Source of the DNA: Nitrospinota bacterium
GTDB taxonomy: Bacteria > UBA8248
Length of the DNA stretch: 34,733 bases
Direction of reading: 5' to 3'
Assembly (NCBI GenBank): GCA_046581755.1
Contig: JAYGFR010000014.1
Span: forward strand, 1-34,733
Of the stretch, positions 27,395-34,733 are shown piece by piece; position 1 is the stretch's first letter, and each line of letters opens with the position of its first letter. The position numbers and the translations under genes are program-made. A model generated the notes under the pieces. The model did no database searches, was not told where the DNA came from, and worked only from the letters and a program-made list of their open reading frames with translations.

Positions 27395-28279
27395 TTATTT
27401 CGGTCCCTTATCCCGGCTTCTCGCCCCCCATATGATTCCCGCTACGATGAGAGAACCCGCCCCTGCCCGGACGGCGCTGAGCGGTTCGGACAAAATCCAC
27501 CAGGCCAGGGCAGTCGCCACAACGGGCTCGCCCAGAATCGTCAGGGAAACCCTTCCAGGAGGCAAATGGGCCAGTGCATAGTTCACCGAGGTGTGTCCGA
27601 TGAGGGTAGGCCCCGCAACCATGACGCCCAAAAGCAGCCAGGTTTGCTCCGAATATCCCGTTAATGGCTGTCCCGAGGCCATAGCGGCCAGAGCCAAAAG
27701 AGCCCCGCTCAGGCCATAGCAAACCGTGACATAGGGAACCAGGGGAATAGAGCCCCTGAGTTTGCGCCCGCAAATCAGATATCCCGAGACCATGACGGCC
27801 CCGCCCAGGGCAAGGGCGTTTCCATACATGCTCCCGCTCCATACGCGTGCATCCGTTCCGGCGAGCAGAACGCCGCCCAGGGCCGTCAGGGCAACGCCCG
27901 CCCAGAATCGCCTCCCTTCGCGCTCTCCCAGGAGGAGCCAGCCGCCGATTCCGGCGAATATCGGGTTTGTCGTGACCAGGATAACCGAACTGGCCACCGA
28001 TGTATGGCGGAGCGACTCGATCCACAGCGAAAAATGGAGCGCGAGAAAAACGGACGATGCGGCCCAGACGATGCGCTGGCGGGGCTCCAGCCCGCGCCAG
28101 AGGGATGGAAGAGAGGGTCCGGCCGCCGGGAGCAATAACAATGCGCCTCCCAGCATCCGGTATGCCGCGATAGCCAAGGGCGGGGCCTCGGCGAGGCGAA
28201 TCAGGATGGCGGACCAGCCCAGCGCGAATACGCCCGCAGCGAGAATTCCGTATACCCTGAGGGGAGATGGGGACCTCAA
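27395..28279 (-). CDS. EamA/DMT family transporter
   Basis: About ten TM helices, SAILIRLAEAPPLAIAAYR, HTSVASS, LGEPV. Confidence 0.92.
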   Translation of the reverse strand: MRSPSPLRVYGILAAGVFALGWSAILIRLAEAPPLAIAAYRMLGGALLLLPAAGPSLPSLWRGLEPRQRIVWAASSVFLALHFSLWIESLRHTSVASSVILVTTNPIFAGIGGWLLLGEREGRRFWAGVALTALGGVLLAGTDARVWSGSMYGNALALGGAVMVSGYLICGRKLRGSIPLVPYVTVCYGLSGALLALAAMASGQPLTGYSEQTWLLLGVMVAGPTLIGHTSVNYALAHLPPGRVSLTILGEPVVATALAWWILSEPLSAVRAGAGSLIVAGIIWGARSRDKGPK

Positions 28280-28310
28280 GTCCGTGCCCCGGGATTTGGC
28301 ATAACGGGCG

Positions 28311-29093
28311 TCAAGGGGCCTGAATGAAACCGTGAATCGTCTCGCCCACCTGACGCGGCTTTTCGGCCATGACCATGTGTCCCGCCTCCGGGATGAGCCG
28401 GAGATCGGCGGTGGGAATTTTTTCCGCCAGATAGCGCGAATATTTGGGCGGGGTCATCAGGTCCTCTTCCCCGCAAACGATCAACGAGGGGAGCGAGATG
28501 CCCTCGATCCGCTCCATTTCGCTGAACGCATCGCAGGCGCTGAGATCTCCGTGAAGGACCTCGGGGCCGCACTCGAGAAGCTGCCGCCTTCCCTCTTCGG
28601 CAAGGCCCGGAGAGGCTTTGGGAGAATACGCGATTCGGACAATATCGGCGGCCGTGGATTCGAAATCCAGCCGGACCCCCGCCAGGATCGATTCTTTCAC
28701 GCGCAAGCGCGATCCCGTGGCGACTAGAATCAACCCACCTAGTTTTTCGGGAAACTCCAGGCCGCAGGTCAAGGCGACGGCTCCTCCCATCGAATGACCC
28801 GCCAACACCGGTGAGATGAGTCCGGTTTCTTGGATAAACGCTCCGGCGATCCGAGCGTAATCGGAAATGGAGCGGCAACCCGGCCCCGGCGATTGGCCAT
28901 GGCCGGGAAGATCGAGGGCGATGCCATGCAGGCCGCGGTTGGAAATTTCCCGGAGAAGGAGGAGCCAACCCCTCCGGTCTCCGCCGGCACCGTGGACAAA
29001 AACGATGGATGGCCGATTGGACTTGGGCCCGGCCTCAACAAAGGCGAGGCGGTGTTGACCCGCTCCGGCAAAACCCTCACTCGCCCAACCCAA
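28311..29093 (-). CDS. Alpha/beta hydrolase
   Basis: VFVHGAGG, DLPGHGQS, GHSMGG nucleophile elbow, GEEDLMTP, AGHMV. Confidence 0.92.
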   Translation of the reverse strand: MGWASEGFAGAGQHRLAFVEAGPKSNRPSIVFVHGAGGDRRGWLLLLREISNRGLHGIALDLPGHGQSPGPGCRSISDYARIAGAFIQETGLISPVLAGHSMGGAVALTCGLEFPEKLGGLILVATGSRLRVKESILAGVRLDFESTAADIVRIAYSPKASPGLAEEGRRQLLECGPEVLHGDLSACDAFSEMERIEGISLPSLIVCGEEDLMTPPKYSRYLAEKIPTADLRLIPEAGHMVMAEKPRQVGETIHGFIQAP

Positions 29094-29192
29094 GGGATTT
29101 CCTTTTCGAATTGAAATACCGGGGTGGCGGCAGACTCCCTTCCCCTTCCGGAAAAAGGGGGAGGCATAAATAAAACCCTAGAACTTTCGGAG

Positions 29193-29519
29193 TTAGAGAG
29201 ATTTTTCGATTGCCGCCTTCAAATCCGCCTTCGAGCGAACGCCCACCACCTGCTCCACCGCCTCCCCCCCCTTGAAAATGATCAGGGTGGGAATGCCCCG
29301 AATGCCGAATTTGGTCGGAGTGGAAGGATTTTCGTCGATATTGAGCTTTCCGACCCGAAGCTTCCCCGCGTATTCATCCGCGAGCGCTTCTACGGTGGGA
29401 GCGATCATCTTGCACGGGGCGCACCATTCGGCCCAAAAATCCACCAAGGTGGGCATATCCGATTCCAGAACCTCGGATTCAAAGTTTTGATCTGTAAAGT
29501 CCATCAAACTCCCTGCCAT
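29193..29519 (-). CDS. trxA: Thioredoxin
   Basis: VDFWAEWCAPCK, GIRGIPTL; GGAGG RBS before ATG 29519. Confidence 0.95.
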   Translation of the reverse strand: MAGSLMDFTDQNFESEVLESDMPTLVDFWAEWCAPCKMIAPTVEALADEYAGKLRVGKLNIDENPSTPTKFGIRGIPTLIIFKGGEAVEQVVGVRSKADLKAAIEKSL

Positions 29520-29677
29520 GCCATCCTCCAATAAAATTCTATCATTAGAATTCCGTCATTTTAACGGAAATACCCATTTACCCACGTCCCTGCGTCTTCG
29601 GACTTTACTGGAGGGCCCGCGAGAATTCAACATCGCGGTGAATTCCTGGGCGGTGGATTCCAGGATGGTCGTGGGAT

Positions 29678-30142
29678 TCATTCCTTTTTATCGATAAAGC
29701 GCGGTGCATAGGTAATTGTGGGCTTATAGGCGGCCAGGGCCTTTCCGCTCCTCGATAGGGTGCCCAAGGCTTTTTTGACCTCCTTCGAGCGTTTTGCGGC
29801 GAGGGAGGCGATTTTGTCCTCGCTGGCTTGAATCTCAACCACCGTTTTCAGCACCCCTTGCACCGCCTTTTCCAGGTCGTCCATCCCGGATTCGTCCCCT
29901 TCCCCCTCCTGTATCCGGGTCCATAGGGGGGCGTGGCGATCCGAATTTTCCTGAATCTCCCGAATGAGCCGTTCTTTTTGGTCCAATATGGATGAAAGGG
30001 CATCAAGATTCGGGCCCGAGAGGCAGCAATATTCCTCCCCACAAAAAATCAACAGCCGTTCGTAGCGAGCCAGATCCTCTCTCGTCGCCGATAGCAGCCT
30101 ATCGGCGATAGACACCGCAACCATAGGAACCCCCATGCGCAT
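29678..30142 (-). CDS. FlgN/FliT-like flagellar export chaperone
   Basis: Helical protein with LSSILDQKERLIREI and C-terminal KALAAY...PRFIDKKE; true start may be 30136 or 30124. Confidence 0.5.
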   Translation of the reverse strand: MRMGVPMVAVSIADRLLSATREDLARYERLLIFCGEEYCCLSGPNLDALSSILDQKERLIREIQENSDRHAPLWTRIQEGEGDESGMDDLEKAVQGVLKTVVEIQASEDKIASLAAKRSKEVKKALGTLSRSGKALAAYKPTITYAPRFIDKKE

Positions 30143-30375
30143 TTATGGAACCGCCAGGGCAACAGAATATATCCATGTGAGGGCGAAGAAAACCGGCATA
30201 AAAAAATCTCCCTTTTTAGCGCCGCGAAATTCTCGTGGCGATCGCGTCCGGCGCCGCCAGGCCTCTGAATAACTTGATTTTGCGGGTGGCAGCATCTATC
30301 TTTCTCAGGCGAAAATCGTTACTCCGCCACAGGATATTTTGAAGATGAACCTCCGGCACAGCCCGAATTGATCCC

Positions 30376-31421
30376 ATGACAGACAATATCCGCGTTCTAG
30401 CCATAGACGATTCTCCCCTGATGCGCCGCCTCCTCTCGGAAATTTTCAAAGGCGCGCTCCATTTCGAATTGATAGGAGCGGCCCAAGACGCCGCCGCGGC
30501 GCGCGGGCTGATACGCGAGACCCGGCCGGTTGTCATCACACTCGATAACAAAATGCCGGATATGGACAGGCTGACTTTTCTGGCGGAGATTGTCGAGAGC
30601 CACTATATTCCGGTCGTGATGGTCAGTTATTTCACCCAGGAGGGCGCCGAAGAGGCTTTGTCGGCACTCGAAATCGGAGCCGTTGATTTTGTCGGGAAAC
30701 CGATTGGCTCCACCGACGAAGGCTGGGGGCCCTTCCGGCAAATACTGCTCGAAAGGGTGCGCGCCGCCGCGGGCGCACAGAGGGTTCGTTCCTCATCCGC
30801 TCCCCGGACTCCGCATCCCAGCCCCCAATTGATGCATGACTCCGAAACCATCATCGCCATCGGAAGTTCGACGGGCGGGACCGAAGCTCTCATGGAGATT
30901 TTCCGGGTGCTTCCCGCTAGCCTGCCGGGAATCGTCGTTGTTCAACACATGCCGGAAAACCTCACTGATTTTTTTGCCTAAAATTTAAACCGCGTCAGCC
31001 CCATGGAGATAAAAGAGGCGCGCGATGGCGACGAAGTCTGTCCCGGGCGGGCCCTGATTGCACGGGGGAACAATCACATGGCGATCCGGGGGATGGGAAT
31101 AAATACAGAATTGAGACCCATCAAGGGCCAAAGGTGTGGAATTGCCGCCCGGCGGTGGATGTCTTGTTCGATTCGGTGGCCAGCGTTGCACGCGAGAAAG
31201 CCATCGGTGTCATCCTGACGGGCATGGGCGAGGACGGGGCCATCGGCCTCACCCACATGAATAAAAACGGGGCGCGGACCATTGTTCAGAACAAAGAGAG
31301 TTGCGTGGTTTTCGGAATGCCCAAAAAAACCATCGAACTCGGGGCGGCGGAGTTTATTTTGCCCCTGCAGGACATCCCCTGAAAAATCCTCGAAATTCTT
31401 TCGGAATCGGTAAGCGCCTAG
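30376..31421 (+). pseudogene. cheB: Chemotaxis response regulator methylesterase CheB, disrupted
   Basis: Receiver domain (IDDS, ITLD) and [33 protein letters not shown] motifs, interrupted by TAA at 30979-30981, a frameshift near 31100-31140 and a probable early TGA at 31380-31382. Confidence 0.88.
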
Positions 31422-31426
31422 CGGCA

Positions 31427-34400
31427 TCAACTGGCGTCGATGGACTCGACCTCGGCGCCGGGGATGTCACGGATTAAAACCTGGCGGCGCTTGGCCCCCT
31501 CGGAGGGTCCCACCACGCCTTCCCGCTCCATCCGCTCGATGAGACGCGCGGCCCGGTTGTAGCCGATGCGCAGATGCCGCTGAATCAGGGAAATCGAAGC
31601 CTCCCCCGTACGCGCCACCAGGGCCACCGCGTCGTCGTAGCGCTCGTCGAAATCGTCTTCATCCTCGGCGCCGGAGCCGTCCTTGGTATCTTCCTGGATA
31701 AACAACTCCTCCTGGAAAGCCGTCGGCCCCTGTCCGCGCCAATAATCCACGAAGTTTCTGATCTCCTTCTCGGAGACATGGGCTCCGTGAATGCGGACGG
31801 GTGCGTTGGTGCCCGGCGGGACGAAAAGCATGTCGCCCTTCCCCAGCAGGCGCTCGGCGCCGTTCATGTCCAAAATCGTCCGCGAATCGGTGCGGGTGGC
31901 GACCCGGAGAGCGATTCGGGAGGGGAAGTTCGCCTTGATCAGGCCCGTCAGCACATCCACCGATGGCCGCTGGGTCGCCACAAGAAGATGAATCCCCGCC
32001 GCACGGGCCATTTGGGCCAGCCGGGTCATGGTCTCCTCCACCTCCCGCGAGGAGACCATCATGAGATCCGCCAACTCATCGATGACCACCACGATATAGG
32101 GCAGGAAATCGGGGTTTCCCCCCTCATCGGCCCGCTCGGCCTCGGACAGGTGCTGGCTCAGGCGCCGCTTCGCCTCGCGCGGCCCCAGCCAATCGGCCAC
32201 GAGTTTGTTGTAGCCATTGATGTTGCGGACCCCCAGTTTGCTCATCAACTGATAGCGCCGCTCCATCTCGGCGACGACGCCGCGCAGGGCGGAGGCCGCT
32301 TTTTTCGGGTCCGTCACGACGGGAACCAGGAGGTGGGGAATCCCCTCGTAGATGGAAAATTCGAGCATCTTCGGATCGATCATCAAAATCCGCACCTCGC
32401 GGGGATGGCAGCGGGCCAGAATGCTACAAATCATCAGGTTCATCGCCACGCTCTTACCCGACCCGGTCGAGCCAGCGATGAGCAGGTGGGGAATTTTGGC
32501 TAGGTCCGTCATCACCGCGCGTCCGAGGACGTCCTTCCCAAGGCCGAGGGTCAGCTTGTCCTTGGCCTCCTTGAATTTTCGAGAGTCCAGGAGTTCCTTC
32601 GCACGGACCCCCTGGCGCTTGGCGTTGGGCACCTCGATGCCGACGACACTCGTGCCCGGAATCGGGGCCACGATGCGAATGCTGATCGCCGACAGCGCCC
32701 GCGCCAAATCGTCCGAAAGCGAGGCGATCTTGGACACCTTCACCCCGGCGGCGGGCACGAATTCGAAGATGGTAATGACCGGACCGGTCCTGACCTCGGC
32801 CACCTGCCCTTCGACGCCAAACTCGCGAAGGGTTTTTTCCAACAGGGTGGATTTTTTCCGAATGGCCTCCTCGTCCACGATGAGGGCGCTGCTTTCCACA
32901 TCGGCAAGTAAATCCATGCCAGGAAGAACGTAATGGCCTTTTTTCCGGGAGGCGGATTTTTTGGCCGAGGGCGCGTCATCCGAAACGATCGAATCGTCCT
33001 TGATTTGGACAATCTCGGATTCGCCATTGGCTCCGGCATGACGGATCTTCACCCCGTGTTGTCCTGCTTCTCCAATTTGCGCCCCGGAAAGCGCCCTCGT
33101 CAGCATAACGCCCTCGGAAACTTCTTCCGGGTCGCCATCGGCCTCAAGCGAGGGGATGGACATGGGCTTTTCAGCCTCTTCCGGATTTTTCACCCTCCCG
33201 GGCCGGGAGCCTCCGATCGCCCTGTTTTGGGTCTCCCGCCGGCCAATCCGGATACCCTCATGGGGCGGTCCCGCCTTCTCGCTATCAGCGGAGGAAGCTC
33301 CGCCCGCTGAAGCCGAATCCAGGGGCGTATCCTGGGCGGCCATTGAATCATCGTCCGCCGCCTGAATCTCCTCATCCTCCCCGGCCGCCAAAAGCGCCTT
33401 CGAATCCGAAACCGATTCGGCATCAGCGGGCGGAGCTTCCTCGGCGGCGGGCCCCCGGAACAATACCGGAGAATCCAGCGCGGCCGCCGCCAGGGCGCCA
33501 AACGCAGGCTCGGTCCGGGAAACCCTTCTATCCGCGATGGCATCGTCCCTCTTTCCGGCGCTCCCGTTTTTTCCATTTTCGCTGGCCGTCCGGAGCAGAT
33601 CCGCATCCAAATCGGGAGGTGGCTCATGAGGCGAATCGCTCTCATATCCGCTCGCGACATCCTCAAGGGGGGGTGCCGGTGCCGTCTGCTTCGGCAAACC
33701 GGTCCATGACTCCCGGAGTTCCTTCCAGAAGAGCCCCGATTTTCGGACCTTGTCCGCATCCTTTTTTGTCCTTGCGGCCTGGATTGACCGTTTAATGAAT
33801 TTTCGGATTTGCGAAAAACCATAAAAGACGCCCGACCACACCGCCGACCAGACGCGCGGCAGAAAGCGAATCAGCACCCAGCGCGGGCCGCGGGAGAGAA
33901 AATAAAGAACCTGGCTGATCGATAGGCCGGTGGTCGCCACCACAGCCGCCAGGAACACCCCGGCGAGTGCCACCGCGCTCCCCACGCGCCCCAGGTGGGT
34001 TTCCAGGAGGACGGCCATGCCGTACCCGATTAACCCTCCGGCCAGCGTCGTCTCTCCGAACAGGGGATCGACCTGGAAGATTTTGTAGAACAGGCCCGAG
34101 CCGCTCAGGGCGATCATCAGCGCGCCGAGCCCCCGCCATCCGGGCCACCAGGAGCGGACGCCGGCGAAGGTCCCAAGGCCCCAAGCCAGGAATCCGACCG
34201 GAACGAAAACGGAAAATGCGCCCATCACCTGGGCCAATTCGCCCACGAGGTAGGCTCCCACCGAACCGCCGTAATTGCGGATCGACCAACCGGCGCTGAG
34301 CCGATGACTCCAGGAGGGATCGTTCGGGTGAAACGACCACAGGGAGAGAGCGATAAAGACCGCCACTGCGATCAGAATCAGGCCGATGACTTCATTGACA

Positions 34401-34459
34401 CGATCGGAAATATTCGACGAAGACGACAAAGACAAGGCAGCCCGCCGGTGAGTTGGCAT
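31427..34459 (-). CDS. ftsK: DNA translocase FtsK
   Basis: N-terminal TM domain (NYGGSVGAY), long acidic linker, PHLLIAGSTGSGKS, VVIDELADLMM, ATQRPSVDV, gamma domain SLIQRHLRIGYNRAARLIE; start 34459 (GGAGAG RBS) is uncertain. Confidence 0.96.
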   Translation of the reverse strand: MPTHRRAALSLSSSSNISDRVNEVIGLILIAVAVFIALSLWSFHPNDPSWSHRLSAGWSIRNYGGSVGAYLVGELAQVMGAFSVFVPVGFLAWGLGTFAGVRSWWPGWRGLGALMIALSGSGLFYKIFQVDPLFGETTLAGGLIGYGMAVLLETHLGRVGSAVALAGVFLAAVVATTGLSISQVLYFLSRGPRWVLIRFLPRVWSAVWSGVFYGFSQIRKFIKRSIQAARTKKDADKVRKSGLFWKELRESWTGLPKQTAPAPPLEDVASGYESDSPHEPPPDLDADLLRTASENGKNGSAGKRDDAIADRRVSRTEPAFGALAAAALDSPVLFRGPAAEEAPPADAESVSDSKALLAAGEDEEIQAADDDSMAAQDTPLDSASAGGASSADSEKAGPPHEGIRIGRRETQNRAIGGSRPGRVKNPEEAEKPMSIPSLEADGDPEEVSEGVMLTRALSGAQIGEAGQHGVKIRHAGANGESEIVQIKDDSIVSDDAPSAKKSASRKKGHYVLPGMDLLADVESSALIVDEEAIRKKSTLLEKTLREFGVEGQVAEVRTGPVITIFEFVPAAGVKVSKIASLSDDLARALSAISIRIVAPIPGTSVVGIEVPNAKRQGVRAKELLDSRKFKEAKDKLTLGLGKDVLGRAVMTDLAKIPHLLIAGSTGSGKSVAMNLMICSILARCHPREVRILMIDPKMLEFSIYEGIPHLLVPVVTDPKKAASALRGVVAEMERRYQLMSKLGVRNINGYNKLVADWLGPREAKRRLSQHLSEAERADEGGNPDFLPYIVVVIDELADLMMVSSREVEETMTRLAQMARAAGIHLLVATQRPSVDVLTGLIKANFPSRIALRVATRTDSRTILDMNGAERLLGKGDMLFVPPGTNAPVRIHGAHVSEKEIRNFVDYWRGQGPTAFQEELFIQEDTKDGSGAEDEDDFDERYDDAVALVARTGEASISLIQRHLRIGYNRAARLIERMEREGVVGPSEGAKRRQVLIRDIPGAEVESIDAS

Positions 34460-34639
34460 ACAACAACTCTCCAGCCCACGAAGAATCTTCCCGCGAGGGA
34501 AGCAATGGGCATTTCCCTTGGGCGAAGGGAGATGGAAATAACTTATCAAACTTCATCAAGAATCTCAAGAAACCTTTTGAAATAATTCAAATCGCCGAGA
34601 AAATTAAATGAGCCGGGGGCTCGCGAAGGCGGGCGGAAT

Positions 34640-34654
34640 TGGCACCAGAGATGC
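34640..34654 (+). promoter_or_regulatory. Candidate sigma54 promoter for a gene beyond the window
   Basis: TGGCACCAGAGATGC has GG-N10-GC, with an AT-rich tract upstream (about 34540-34610); divergent from ftsK. Confidence 0.5.
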
Positions 34655-34733
34655 GCCAAACATCAGGTGAATGTCCTCCCCGCCCCGGCGGGGAATAAGG
34701 AGCCTACCGGCCAAAAAGGCCGCGCAGGATATC

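Noticed and set aside
29624..29665. Short imperfect repeats (GAATTC/GGATTC units) between trxA and the FlgN-like gene
   Set aside because: Only two or three short degenerate copies with no spacers; not CRISPR-like.
30270..30370. Possible CheR C-terminal remnant (AGGSIYLSQA) before cheB
   Set aside because: Similarity too short and weak to support without an alignment.
31380..31382. UGA near the end of cheB as a second Sec codon
   Set aside because: Non-catalytic position in a gene already broken by TAA and a frameshift; no SECIS-like hairpin.

Overview
High-GC bacterial chromosomal window, mostly housekeeping and metabolic genes, with no rRNA, tRNA, CRISPR array or intact mobile element detected. 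In order: PilZ protein; an AhpD/CMD-family gene split by the ORF track at an in-frame UGA (CxxU plus SECIS-like hairpin, probable selenoprotein); PIG-L deacetylase; aldehyde:ferredoxin oxidoreductase; an orphan 838-aa FlgE behind a sigma54 promoter; EthD-like protein, acyl-CoA dehydrogenase, methyltransferase and 2Fe-2S ferredoxin; lutA plus a lutB-lutC fusion; glnA, glnD and glnB (transcribed glnB-glnD-glnA); a PxxKW-type Cys-rich protein with a structured leader; an IspH-UbiA-like fusion; YfcE phosphoesterase; a PqqD-like remnant; lipoprotein, PBP1A and an 869-aa coiled coil built on 31-residue units with a 363-bp tandem duplication; EamA, alpha/beta hydrolase, trxA; FlgN/FliT-like protein; a cheB pseudogene; ftsK. 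Best leads: the hidden selenoprotein, the 31-residue coiled coil/PBP1A/lipoprotein module, the IspH-UbiA fusion and two candidate structured leaders. All calls come from reading motifs by eye; no searches were run.
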